A stretch of DNA of 64,000 nucleotides from Stegostoma tigrinum (lineage: Eukaryota). The DNA lies in assembly GCF_030684315.1 (NCBI RefSeq), contig NC_081367.1, positions 60,327,414 to 60,391,413 of the forward strand, given 5' to 3'. Below are positions 49,240-63,100 of the stretch, in pieces. The position numbers were made by a program, and so were the translations under genes. The notes beneath the pieces were generated by a model. The model saw only the letters and a program-made list of their open reading frames with translations, had not been told where the DNA came from and made no database searches. Each line of letters begins with the position of its first letter. Position 1 is the first letter of the stretch.

Positions 49240-49998
49240 CATAATAAAAACTAGAAGAACTGTGGATGCTGTACATCAGGAACAAAAACAATGTTGCCGG
49301 AAAAGCTCAACGGGTCTGGCAGCGTCTGTGAAGGAGAAAACAGAGTTAACGTTTCAGGTCCGGTGACCCTTCCTCAGAACTGATGGTGGCTGGGAAAACG
49401 TAATTTTAAATGCAAAAAATAGGGAGGTGAGTGGGGTAGGGAGTAAACGATAGGATAGAGCCCGAACAGCGAGAAAGACAGTTGGGCAGACTAAAGAGTT
49501 GCTAACGATCAGGCTGGGAGGGCGAATAGTTATTAATAGGGACTGTTAGCGACTAACATCAGAGGGTGTGTAATGGCACGCTATGTGGTAACAAAGCCTG
49601 TTGTATGGCGTGGGGGCTGAGACATTGGAGAGTTTAGGCCCTAAGATTATCGAACTCAATATTGGGTAAGGAGGGATGTAGGGTCCCCAAGCGGAAAATG
49701 AGGTGTTGTTCTCCCAGCTTGCATTGGGCTTCATTGGAACATTGTAGCAAGCCAGAGACAGAGATATTGACCAGGGAGCAGGTTGGTGCATAGAAGTAGT
49801 AGACCCATCGTTCAAGCCAATCTTGAAACCGGCTTAAGACGTCAGGTGGCTCATGGATGTATGCGGGTACGGTTTGGACCAGCGGGGAGAAGACTGAGTC
49901 ATGAGGTGCAGGAGCAGGCTGAAACGATGGGTCTGCCTCTTCAATGCACCATCCCGCTCCCTGGCAATATCTATGTCTCTGGCTTGCTTGGATTTTGT
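49240..49998 (-). mobile_element. Non-autonomous PLE fragment with an internal inversion and an 11-bp TSD ACAAAACATTG
   Basis: TSD at 49229-49239 and 49999-50009. Encodes [20 protein letters not shown]...NIEF. Inverted arms at about 49746-49819 and 49917-49989. Confidence 0.88.
49344..49381 (-). ncRNA. Minimal type I hammerhead ribozyme, the best-preserved copy
   Basis: Reads AGUU CUGAGGA A GGGUC ACCG GACCU GAAA CGUU AACU, with stem I AGUU/AACU and stem II GGGUC/GACCU. Confidence 0.65.
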
Positions 49999-50986
49999 AC
50001 AAAACATTGAGTGACGGATTCCAATCAAATCACCATTGGCACACAGAGGATTTCTAATTAATACCCACGTCGTTTATAATTAATTTACTTTCGTACATTG
50101 CACCTTCTGTGTTGGATTCCTTTAGAAGTTTCTGTCGCCGACACTATTATTACAGAGCAGGGACAATAAAAAATAGTCACCAACAATTCCACTTCGTTGT
50201 AAGTAAATATTGTTTCTTTAATCAAACAAACGCAAAGACTACTGGATAATCTCAGCAGTACTTGTGAAGAGAGAAAAAAGAGTCCATGTTTCGAGTCTGT
50301 TATAACTCTTGATGCGATTTCATCTTGCCCTTACATCATGGGCAATATCAAAGTGAAATTCGAATTTGTCGACCAATGTAAACAACTAAAAATGGCCATT
50401 ATTCTGTGAAGTACTACTTCCAATCAAAATATCAGAACATTATCATGTTAGGGAGAAAGACAAGACTGTTTAAATACTGCAATTGATGATTACCCACTGA
50501 ATTCAGTAAATAATTGGAGAAGCAAGGTTACGTTAAATCAGAATTTGAGGATTATGATCTTTTAATTGCTTACTCCTCTGCCCTAAGATGTGCAGGCTAG
50601 GTGGATTAGCCATGTAAAATTGCCCGTACTGTCTAGGAATGTGCAGTTTAGGTAGATTACACATGCTAAATGCGAGGTTACCAAGACTAAGTACGGTTCT
50701 CGGTCTGGGTTAAATGCTCCTCGGAGAAGCCGAATGGCCTCTCCACATTGTAGGGATTCTATGAATGTTTGACATACCTTTCGCAAAGCGTGCCTGATCG
50801 CCTGACATTAAATTAAGGAACATCATAAATCGTGTCTCAATATGATGAAAATATCCCGCCTTGGATTATATCACCATGTTCAGACAAATCCGGCAAATCG
50901 CCTATTGTTCGAGGCGCGCAACGCATTCCGGGTGATTCCCCGAGAGGCACAACGGCAAGTAACAGAACTATCAGAAACGAAGCCAT

Positions 50987-51470
50987 CTCTTACTTGCAAG
51001 AAACCTATCACACATTAAATAGAATGAGAAAGACATTGAGTTATATAGCGCATGTTATGACCTGAGGACACCTCACGGTGCCTCACAGCCGATGAACGAC
51101 CATAGGCTGATCAAATAGATAGCATCTCTGAGACACTGCGCAATCAACTTGTTTACGGACATTTTCAGTGGTGCGGCCAATTATAATTAATGGATCGCTA
51201 TTTCAGCAGATGGTTTTCATGTGAAGTAAAAGTGTCAACATTTAAACCCCAAGAAGGTTATATTTTCGATTCAGAAACAGGAACGTAGGTAGCTTTATTC
51301 TTCCTCGTGATCAACACTAAGACTAGATCAAAGCAGACCATTCACTCCATCGACCTGATTATGACAGATCTTATTATCCCCCTATCCAGTTTCCTTCCCG
51401 TTACCCAAAACTTTTGATTCCTTCATTAATTCAAAATTGCTCTCTCCCATGTACTCAAATACACTTCACG
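50987..51470 (-). promoter_or_regulatory. Retained promoter block of pseudogene C: TATATAA at 51041-51047, TAATTA at 51184-51189
   Basis: Homologous to the upstream regions of A, B and D. Confidence 0.55.
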
Positions 51471-53247
51471 ACTAACCTCAGCAAACATCTGCGGTGAAGA
51501 ATTTTATAGATCCGCTATTCTCCGTGTAAAGACATTCACAGAGTCTATTGTTCGCAACTAAATGCATGACTTCACAGCACAGAAAATGGCCCTTCGCTCA
51601 TTACATCTGTGATGGTCAAATGTAAACGTCTAATTATTCTAGTCCCATCACCAACTCGTGTCCCATAGCCTCAGTATTTTAAGTGCGCATCTGATTACTT
51701 GTTCGATGTTCTGAGGGTTTCTACCTCTACAACCCTACCAAGCAGTGAGTTCCAGATTGCCAGAACCGGCTGGGCAAAGACGGTTTTCCTCACATCTCCT
51801 CTAAAGCTTCCGCCCCTTATCTTACAACGACACCTTTGTTTATTGGTTCCTCCACCAAGGGAAACGCTTCCTCCTATCTAGAATATCTATGGCATTCGTT
51901 ATTTCATACGACTCAATCAGGTCCAGTCTCAGCTCCCATGTTCTAGGGAAACAACCCTTATCTGTCTAACCTCGCTTCAGCTCTGATATATCTCATCTCT
52001 GTTAAAATGGTCAGCAATTATCCTGAGATTAAGCTCTCTGCTCCGATATTTCGCAAAGAGTAACTAAACTTTCTGTATTCACCCAATCAAGTTCACTAAG
52101 AATTCTCCATGTTTCAATAAGGATCTCTCTCATTCTTCTGCGGTCTATGAGTGCAGGCCTACATTATTCCATTCCTTTTGGATTAACCACATTTACATTC
52201 CTATTGCCTTTAAATTTATGTTTTTTTAATGTTAATAACATATTCACGAGAGCTCCTAAATATAATTTTCCACTACGGCCTGCTGCTTCTCGCACTCAGC
52301 ACGAATTCAATAAGTTTAGAGCATGATTCTATCATTCCATGTTTTGTGCCCATTCCAAACTGCATCTTCTAATGATATCAGAGATAGTAAGAACTGCCGA
52401 TGCTGGAGTCGGAGATAACACAATGTGGAGCGGGAGGAGCACAGCGGCCGTGCAGCATCAGAGGAGCAGAAAAGCTGACGTTTCGGGTCGGCATTGCCTT
52501 TGGCACAGTCACCCAATGTCACCTACCTTTAAGCCAATTATCAATTCATAAGGGCTTCGTTCAGTAGAGCTAGCCCATTATCTCTTATCTAGGTGTTCTT
52601 CCCCCCACCCCTTGGCCTGCTATCTACTATCTCTTCTTCACTGATCTCTTCTTTTCTCTTTGACACGACTGGGTCTTCACCTATCCACTCACCTCTCCCC
52701 CATAAATACCAGGCTTTCCTAGCTTTTAACTGTTCTGACGTCGAGTCATCAGAATCGAAACATGAGGTTTGTTTTGTTTCCACAGATGCTGTTGGATCTT
52801 CTGAGTTTGTCCAGCAGTTTTGCTTCAGATCTAGTCCACTTTTGCATCAGATCGTCAGCGTTCACAGTTATTGGTTGATAGAATAATAATTCGATGCGGA
52901 GATTATGCATCGGCAACGTGTAAACGAGTAGACTGAGCAGCAAATAACCGCAGTCAATGAGTTCAACGAAAAACATTACAAGCGAATAGAGAGGCCAACG
53001 TAAACAAAGTGCAGATTCTGCATGGAATTCATAGCCAGATCAACATGATACGTCGCCAATGCACCAGCCGACAAAACAGCCTTCATACACTTGTTACGAA
53101 ATAGAATTTTTTTTATATATTCATTAGAACAAACGCATATAGGTATCGGAAAAGAATGCAAACTGATAATTTAGTAAAAAAATGTAAATATGGAACAACA
53201 ATCTCCAAAATGAATAGTTTACGGGCAGGATTAGAGAAATCTTAGAA

Positions 53248-54155
53248 CTACAGTGAAGACTCTTTGCCCATCATGTTTTTCTTCGTATTATTCTCCGGTT
53301 TCAGTAAGATAATATAACATTTCGGAGCAAAAATACAGACGAGCAAACCAAAGCTTGATGCCCAAATAGCAAACACCTCTACAGCCACAGTGTACATTCC
53401 AGGGGAGCTGACATAAGCTGGAATAAAAGTGATCCAAACAGCACAGAAGATCAGCATACTGAAAGTTATATACTTCGCGTCATTGAAATTGTCAGGAAGT
53501 TTCCGGGCAAGAAAAGCCAGCAGGAAGCATACAGTGGACAGAAGACCAATGTAGCTGGACACAAAATAAAAGGCTTTTAAAGAACCCACGTCACATTCCA
53601 AAATTATAATATCTTTATAATAGGTCATGTTTTTCACTGGATATGGAGGTGATACGATGAGCCAGATCGTGCAAATTAAAACTTGAAGAAATGTGAGGCC
53701 AAACACTCCTAACCGTTGCTGCTTCGGTCCGAACCAGTTCATCAAATTGTTGTTGGGAAGAGTTGCTTTAAAAGCGATCACAACAAGAATGGTTTTCCCC
53801 AAAATACAGGAAATACACAGAACAAACACAATTCCAAATACAGTCCGCCGAAACATGCAGGACCATCTGGTCGGTTTCCCAATGAAGGTGAGCGTGCACA
53901 GGAAGCAAAGCGTTAGCGCAAAGAGAAGGAGAAAGCTCAGCTCCGAATTGTTCGCTCGAACGATAGGGGTTTCCCGATACCGGAAGAAAACGGTAGCTGC
54001 AGCCACTGCAAGACACACTCCCACCAAAGCAAGCCCCACTAAGAAGCAGCCCAGAGCCTCTTGAAAAGAAAGAAATTCAATCTTTTTGGGTATACATTCA
54101 TCTTTTTGCTCATTCGACCAGTATTCCAAAGGACATCGCATGCAATCGGTGGAAT
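53248..54155 (-). CDS. Paralogue D exon 6 (7TM)
   Basis: 908 nt. Matches ORF 53248..54141. Confidence 0.95.
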
Positions 54156-57100
54156 CTGAAACAATGAAAGTATCTTCTTTTTAATTCGAAAATGATATTG
54201 TCAACAAAATAACATAGCATTCGGCTCAGTGTTTGTACATACCAGTGGTGTTGCTAACCTCACCATCGGCGCACTCTGTGCAATCAAAACAACATAACGG
54301 CTGACCTTTCCTGCTGACCTTTCTTGTTCCTACAGGACAAGGTTCTGAGCAAAGTGCACGTGGAATCTAAAACAAAGAAAATAATAGTTATCTATTTAAA
54401 TGGAAATGTTCACATTTTGTCATTGCGAGAGGTATACTACAGGGCTAGTAGCTCTATCTTCCACAGTAAGGTTTCTCCTTCAAATCTTAAACTAATAGTT
54501 TTTTTGAATATAATAAAATGTGAGGCTGGATGAACACAGCAGGCCAAGCAGCATCTCAGGAGAATGTTGCGATCAGAGATAATGGGAACTGCAGATGCTG
54601 GAGAATCCGAGATAACAAAGTGTGGGGCTGGATGAACACAGCAGGCCTGATTTCATCAGATTTTCTGATTTTCCTGATGAAGGTTCCAGGCCCGAAACGT
54701 CAGCTTTAGTGCTCCTGAGATGCTGCTTGGCCTGCTGTTTCCATCCAGCTCCACAGTGTTTTGAATATTGGCTGTTCAATGCGTTACTACCAGCCGCTCA
54801 GCTAGCGTGTTCAAGATCATGACAATTCTCTGGGCGTTACACTTTGCTCTGAGGCATTCGTCCTACGATTGGTCACTCTTCTGATTGATTGATCGATCGA
54901 TCGACAGATTATTTGATTTATTGTCACCTGTACCGAATACAGTGAAAAGTTTTGTTTACGAGCAACATAGGCTGATCATTATAAGCACGCATATGCAGAT
55001 CAAAAGACTTACACAGAAGCACGGAGGTTACACAGCACAGGGCTTGCGCTGGGCGAGATCAACGTTAGCAAGATCAGCATTGTTTGAGGCCAGAGAATCT
55101 AATCATCAGTCTAATAACGGCCGAGAAGAAACTGTTCCTCAACCTGCTGGAGCATGTGTTCAAAAATCTGTATCTTCTGCCTGGCGGACGAAGTTGTAGG
55201 AGAGCATTACCGAGCAGTTGAATATGTACTTTTGATTTAGCACAGCGTGGAGCTGGACTCTTGCGTCAAATTTCCTGCTCCACTGATGCTGCCTGGCCTG
55301 CTGTGCTCCTCCAGCTTTACACTGTGTTATTTTTGACTCCAGCATCTTCAATTCTTCCTATCTCTGTATTTTTATTTTGTCGTTTTTAAATGACTAACTC
55401 TGGGCAACATATCAACAACGTTGCTCTGCCATTCAGAATCATTAATGCAGAGTTAATAGTTGCTAGTGAACGTATCGGACAATATTTTGACTAACACGGT
55501 TTTAATACATTGTACTTTGAACATTCGGAACGTTCTTTGTAAGACTGTAGAAATGAAAGCCAAAAATGAGAGCGAAGTGATTGCAAAATGGATTACATTG
55601 TCACCAGTGATTACCTTCCAATGTAAACATCAACCGCGATGCTGTGGTCAATGTCAAAAGCATATTCATCTTAAAGATTGCTTCGGAAGCTATAGTTCAG
55701 GAATTGGTCATTCAGAATACAGATTGCCTTCAGTAAAATATATCGCTTATTTGCAAAACATATTTCATGACATAATAGGAGGAGTCGCGATAATATGAAT
55801 TTGAGACCTATCGGTCTTGCTTATATATTCAATAGAGGTTTAACTTTTTTCTCACATTAAGAATACTAATTATCGTCCGTTAATACTTCGCACCATTCTC
55901 TGAAAGAATCCTGACTACAGCTGACATAATCCCACCTAAAGCAGTTATCCTCTCTCCACGCAAATTGCGACCGCAAGAAAGTGCAGACTCATGGAATTGA
56001 GCAAAGCGTCGGAGTTTAAAGAGTACAAATTTTCACCTTTCGCAATCCTAAAATCTAAAACTGTGGATAAGCGAAGGGTAGGCATTTAAGGTTTGTATTT
56101 TTTTTTCTTCCGCGCCAAAGGAAAGCTTAACCAAACTCACTTAGTGTTGTAGCTACATAATCTAATTGACATGTGGAGGTAACAGTGTGGGACCGGGGTG
56201 GACATGTTCAGAAGTCACATCACACTGGCTTCTGGTCCAACAGGTCTATTTGAAAATTTAAGGTTTCGGAATCTTACTTCTTCAAGTGTTAGTGGGCGAG
56301 CTAGCATCGGACACAGAATTTATAAGTAAAAGATCAAAGGGTCACAAAGGATGGGGATGTACTAAACAAACCTAAGATGCTGTTAAATCTGTAATTTCTG
56401 AATTCTGAATTCCTTTGAAATTAGTGTCCTGAGAGGATGAAAAGCTTTATCAGTTGGAAACAAGAGGTGGCATTTTAGGTCAGACATTGCACGTTAAGTG
56501 CGAGGTCTTGTTTAAAATCTGTGTTTTGTTTTGGAATCAGGCTGGTATTATTTCTAAAGTAGGAACTTATAAAACGCCACATTGACTGAATGTCTATAAA
56601 TTGTGCGCTGTTTGAAGGAACAAGTGACAAGTGGGGTGCTTTAAATGGTGAGATATTGGGAGTTCGGGCACATGATGTCAGTGTAAAGGGCAATGCTGGC
56701 AGGAATAAGGGACACTGGACAACGAGAGATATTGAGAGTCTGGTCAAGAAAAGGAAGGAGGCATATGTTAGTTGTAGGTAACTGAGATCATGTTCAGAAG
56801 TATAGGGGACGCAGGAGTACACTTAAGAGGGAAATCAGGAGCACAAAAAGGGGACATGGATCTAAATTGCAATTTTTACCATGATTTCTCCGTGCCAATC
56901 GTCAGGAAAATACCTGCTTTCCAGTGGAGCTCCATACAATATCACTGATATTCAGGACAAGTTCTTGTCCCTCCAGCGCTGAACCATCATAATATCCAAT
57001 GTTCACAATTTCAAGCGCACCTTCGAAATTCATTTGTAAATTTACTAATTCATATGTTGGATCTGGATCACCATTTTCATCAAAATATATGACTTCACCG

Positions 57101-60100
57101 GTCTGAGCAGTGAAATTTACCAAGTGAAGGTAATGCAGCAGCTACAGGAGAACAATGCAAGGGATGTAAATTTTTGATTGTCAGTTAGAATCACTTAGTA
57201 AATTTATTTAAATTCATTTCAGCAAATTAACACCGTTAAGTTAAAAATTCATAATATCATAAACTGTCATCCAGAGAGGAGTAAATTAAGCTTGGAGGCC
57301 CATCTTCCATTTTTGCTCATTAAGTTATCAATATTATCCAGAATTGCTCGGATTAAGAAACTGTGGAGTATAGTCCCAATAAAGAGATTTTGCTGACAGT
57401 GCAGAATAGCTCCCAATCAGTGCTGATTTGGCGGATGGGCATGTTTCAAATAAAGCGTTCGGCAGAGAACTAAGGCCACTGCAATACCCTGAAAAGAGGA
57501 AACGCGCCTAAATCTACTTCAGAACAAAAGTTACAACTGATAGCTTGAGCATTTCGCGTTGTTATTCGTGGCGCATTAATGTGTACCATTTAGATTTTCT
57601 GTTTTCTACATCACAGCAGTACCTAACGTCGCAGGCCCGTCACAGTCTACAGGATGCTAATGAAGGGCTCGAATTTTTGGAGATCGTGACAAAAATACCC
57701 CATCAGGTTTAAAATCCACCTCTCTATTGTGAATGTATTTCCAATATTTCTTGTATTCAATTTTTATTTTGTTACAGGCTTGCCCTGTTGCCATGCTTTT
57801 CTCTCATTCTCTGAAGGAAATATTGCATCTTTCCAACTAAAATCTGTTGTGAAAAGGAAGCCGTGAAAATGGTTACAAGTGGAAAAGAACAGTGCATATT
57901 TAAACGCTTAATGCAATCAATGCAATGGATCTGAAACAAAACGAAATATTTTCCTACCTGCCAGGACTCAAAGCTGAAAATATGAGCACAAGTATTATTC
58001 ACAAAGGGGCCATTGCCTTCTTCACAGGACACCATATCATGAAGTGCATGAGCTACAGCATAGACCGCTTTGTACACATGGTAGGAACTTCCGTCCATTA
58101 TCTCTGGAAGGTAAGCATTTTCTAACCCATCTAAATGTTCATTCCCTGTGCATGGCCGCTCTTTAAATGTAGAACTTCGGGTCTCTGTCGCGTCGCCTGT
58201 GGTTAAAGAGCACGAGAATAGAGTCTCCCAAAACTTCTTCACAAAAATGCTTTCAGGAAACCTGGAAGGGTGAATTTTCAAAAGATACTCTCTGAGGCCG
58301 ACTATTTCTGTCCTCCGGGTTGCTGGACCGATAGCCCCAACAAGAAACTTGCCTTCTTCTTCAAGTGAGAATATATCTTTCGTTACCCACCCTTCACTTC
58401 CAATCCATTGTATCCCTGTTACATTTTGGCGCAATATCTCCTTAATTAACACTCGCATATCTCCGCCATGGAGGAACCCAATCACAACCTTTGTGGTCGC
58501 CTCTTTCATCACCTGCACTATTTTGCTGATTTTCTCGGCGGGATCTGTCCTGTAAAATGATTCAGAGTAAGCGATACAGACCCCATTTTTTTTAGCCTCT
58601 TCGACAAAAGTTCTCATCCCAAAATTCCCATACTCTGTGTTGCTTCTAACCGTCCCAATCCAATTCCAGCCAAAGGTTTTTACGAGTTCAGCGAGTAGTT
58701 TGGACTGATATTTGTCGCTTGGTATCGTTCTAAAGAAAGTCGGATATTCTAGTTTATCACTCAGACAGGAGCAAGTGGAGAAGTAACTAATCTGCAGAGA
58801 AAAACATAAATATAGGAAAGCATGCCTTCACCGTTTTTGGAATCATTTTTAAAACTGTTTCATTTCAAGATCTTCATTATTAATGAATTTTAGTTTTGCA
58901 CATTAGCCCAATATTAAATCTTAACACCGATGACTAAAAGTATTCCGTCAAAATAAATCATTAGCGGAGCTTAAAAACGACAGAAGTCAAGTTAAAATTT
59001 GCGGTAGTCAGTTCTGCTTTTGCATAAGAACTGCACTCCGTCAGGGATCTGGCAGGGTAACTTTGTGCTGGAATATTAAAGATACCCCGAAATAACCTCT
59101 TTCTTAATTATTGCAGCGGCGATACATGTTGTGTCGGTGAAGTCATAAGCGAAACGTAGGTGGCTGGGAGGTCGTGACACGGTTGTAATATTACTAGATT
59201 AAGTCATCCACAATAGAAGGTTCTGGGGAAATGGGTTCAAATCCCACTACGGCAGATAGTAAAATTTGAATTCAATTAAGTCTGGAATATGCAAAAAAAA
59301 ACAATCTGCGAAGGTGCAATTTTCGCTGCATGATGGCATAGTGATTAGCACCATTGCTTCACGGCGCCCAAAGACCAGGATCCATTTCAGCTTAGCTGTG
59401 CGGAGTTTGCACGTTCTCCTCGTGTCTGCGTGGGTTTCCGCCGGGTGATCCGGCTTCCTCCCATGGCCCAAAGGCTAGGTGAAACACGTGGGGTAAAGAG
59501 TATACCGTACGGAGTACTTCAGAGGGTTCGTACCGACTCTGTGGGCCAAATTGCCTCTTTCTACATTTTAGGATTCTATGATTCTAAAGGCGTGTAAAAA
59601 TGCAGTCAAGTATGTGACACGAACCATTGGAATTCTGAAAGAACCAACTGTCCTTGCGGCTGCAATGGAGGACGTGGATATATCACAGCCAATAATAGCT
59701 GCGACATTGGAGGAACCTTTACATTCAGGATACTCGATTAGTTCTTGCTTTCCGTTCACCAAAGCCAGCGCTGCTTTGGACGCTATCGCGGTAGTCGAGC
59801 AGTCATCGTAGATCTCGTACCCCAGGGTGATATTCGGAAGTAGAGTTTTGCTCCGGTTTATTTCTTCAATAGCAAATATCATGGTCTGAATCAGGCGAAA
59901 GCTTGAGATATCAAAGCTGCGAAGAAGATGCGAAAGGAAAAATATTCATATTTTATTCACCGTCCAATCATTCACCCAGATCTTTCAGCCACATTCAGAA
60001 CCTCACCTCAATTGAGAACCGCAATGGAGAAGCAAATTCCGCAAACTGGAACTTGCGGTTTGCCAGAAAGGCCTCCTGGCAACCCATGATCAAAATCCGG

Positions 60101-63100
60101 AAGGATCACCTCAGTGAGCGATGCTAAGCCGATTGTCCACCACATTCCCTGATGTATGTCGGGTTTAAGAGTATTAAAGTGTGTGTGCCTGCTGGAATTA
60201 CGCTCAACCTCAGCCGGATCCCACGGAACCTATCTACAATAGCCCCTGCTGATCCAGTCCTCTCCATTCCCTGGCATCCTGCATTCTGCATGTATTACGC
60301 GCGGTACACGTCAGGGACACTGGCTCCGCTTACATTCCGAGTTTAATTAACACCCAACAACATCCAGCATCCCTTTACCAAACCCGAATCTACCCAGCAC
60401 CTGCCCCCTTGTCCTCCAACCTCCCTCACCCCTCAAATAAGCTATCTCATTTAATTCATGGTTGATGGGCATATTTTATGTCATCCACTTCCCTGCACTC
60501 TCCCCATAGCCCTTGATTCCTTGTGACATCAAGAATTTGTCGATCTCTGCCTTGAAGGCACCTAACGTCCGGGCCTCCAATGCACTCCGTGACAATGGAT
60601 TCCACAAGCCCACCACTCTCTGGCTGAAGAAATATCGTCTCATTTCCGTTTTAAATTTACCCCCTCTAATTTTGAGGCTGTGCACACGCATTTTCAGAAC
60701 CATCTTAGTAAATTATCTTTGCACCATCTTCACTGTCTCCGTTATCTAATAAGTTGAGCAGAACTTAGTGTTGTCTAATTGATGCTCGATGCAGGTTTAT
60801 CAGAATCTCCCTGTGCTGCAGGGGATGTCGCCTTTTAGCGCTCTTGAAATAAAACTTACTGTTTTGGTTTGTTTTGCAGTCACCTTGCTAACTTATGACG
60901 TAGCATTTAGGGGTTGGTCTATTTGTATTACAAGATCCTCTCGTTTTCCGCTACTGCACCTGGACGCACATTCAAATTATTGTGATCTCTCTATCCTTCA
61001 TAGCAAAATGTGCAAAATAACATTTATCTTTGTTGAGCTTCATTACCATCTATTTACCCATTTACAAATTTATTACTCTCTTGCAATTTGTTGCAATCGC
61101 CTTAACATTCATAATGTCTATCCCGAGGTTTCTGTCATTCGCATTTTTAAAAATTGTGTTTTGGATTGTTAAGTCTAAATCATTAATGTAAGCTGCATTG
61201 ATACCTGCTCTGACAAGAACGAAAGATCACTTCCCAACTTCTACCACTGAATAACAATTCTTTGTTCTCACCATCTGCTTTCTGACATGAAGATAATTAA
61301 CAATCCAGTCTGGCATTTCCCTCTGACTCCACATTGTGTGACCACATTTAATCTATTTTGAGGCAATTTATCAAAGAAATTTCGTAGGTCCATATAAATA
61401 ACACCAACTCTCTTTCCCTATTACGTCCTCACAAATTAAAATAATTGTGAATGAAAAGACACATTTTATATCAATGATATTTTTATTATATTTCCAGTTG
61501 TCTGTTTATTTTCATCTTCACTTGTGTCAGGTTTCTATTACATTTCCTGTGGTTGATGTTCGGTCGGTCGGTTTGTCATTTCCCTTTCTTCTTTACATGA
61601 CTTATATGAAGAACTCATTTGTCTTCTAGCAATGGTTTTTCGTTGTTGTTGCTTAAAATTAAAGGCATATAGTAAAGCTCCCTGCTAATTCGCCCCTATA
61701 CTCCCTCAAACTAAGTGGCTGCAATCAAATTGGGCTTTGTTTGATATATCCAATAGGCCGTCATTAATTTTAGTTGCATTTACCTCGTTGCACGTATCAT
61801 TCTATAAATGTACGTCTCCTTGCTTTATCTCCCTGTTGGATCAAAAGTATGTATTTCTATGTAACTTTAGCTGCGGTTCTATACCCAGCATAACCTTCCC
61901 TGTTTACTGATGGATCTTTAAAACATGTTACACGTTTTATGCTGCTTGGTCAACTTAACCTCGTAGATCCTTTTTGCCTTGCTATTTGTCCTTTATAGTT
62001 CTCTCCTCACCTCTTTGTCTTCCCTCTGGTCATGCATATCTCTTCTGTTTACATAACCTATGCCCTTTTCCTAGCCCTCAGTTGTTTCCACGTGTTTACT
62101 CGACCAAGCAGTCTCGCCAGCCTTTACTTTTAACGGAATATATTTTCCAGCACGACTTCGAGTATCGTTTTAAATCTTCCCCATTGCTGTCTTGCATTGT
62201 CCTTTGTGAATACTATGGCCTATTTTACGTTCCCAAGTTCTCATCTGAACCTCTCAAAGTCAACTTCCCCACAATCTTTTTCCCCATTTCCACCATTCTT
62301 GTCATTCTACATCATGTTGAAGGGTAACTAATTAACACTTAACTAGACGTTTCCTATCGTTCCTTCTCTGCTTCATTCCTCAGAACAAGGTCCGAAAGCG
62401 AATCTTCGCTTTATTGCGTATTTTTTTCTATCCTAGCGTTCGTGTTTAATTAGCTGATAAGTAAAACTGAAAGGCAATTAGATTTAAAATGCAATATATT
62501 GACATAGGGCGCACAACTACCTACCCAAAATAGTTTGTAGCTTCGTGGCATTCTTATATTTTTGTTTAATCCCAATTAAACTCAATTATTTGCCCAGTTT
62601 ACTTAGGTGATAAGGATAAGAACGCAACGATTCACAATATAGGACGGAACTTGGTGTCAAGGTAACTGCACCAGATTTTCGGGCATTTTAATACAGTTTT
62701 GCCGAATATTGTTCATAACTTTTTGCAGGTAAACAGAGAACATTGCTTAACTGAACCCAATGGCATCACCGCTGGCACATTGTATTTCTAATTAATACCC
62801 ATGTCGTATATATTCAGTGAATCTTCGAGGCATTACATATACTGTTTGGGATTCCTTTAGAAGTCTGTCGAGTACGTTACCTTTTTTTACAGTGCAAGGA
62901 CAACAAAAAATTCGTCAAAAATTCAATATAGTTTCAAGTAACCGTTGTTTCCTTAAACGCAAACATAGAAAATGCTGGAGAAGCTCAGTAGCTCTAGCAT
63001 GCGTGGTGAGAGAAACAGAATCAATGTTTCAAGTCTTATGTGACTTATTGAGAACTCACTTTGTTCTTATGTCCAAATTGAAGTTCGACATTGTGTTATT

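Larger units (their letters stand above)
41199..50986 (-). pseudogene. V2R/OlfC pseudogene, paralogue C (exon 1 50778..50986, exons 2-3 missing, exon 4 48668..48881, exon 5 43142..43251, exon 6 41199..43018 split by a PLE)
   Basis: Exon 1 has an in-frame TGA (50837-50839) and TAA (50813-50815). Exon 4 starts CTG CTG CAT TAG and is 14 nt short, and exon 5 is also 14 nt short. Exon 6 has frameshifts and an insertion of about 0.9 kb. Confidence 0.92.

Noticed and set aside
57772-57957. Exon 3 frame reads on about 60 codons into intron 3 of D, which could give a secreted ectodomain isoform
   Set aside because: The extension length is not conserved (under 20 codons in A and B), the donor is strong, and there is no transcript evidence.
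58618-58791. The ORF track starts exon 3 of D late, hinting at a disruption
   Set aside because: Manual translation shows the frame is open from the acceptor. There is simply no earlier start codon.
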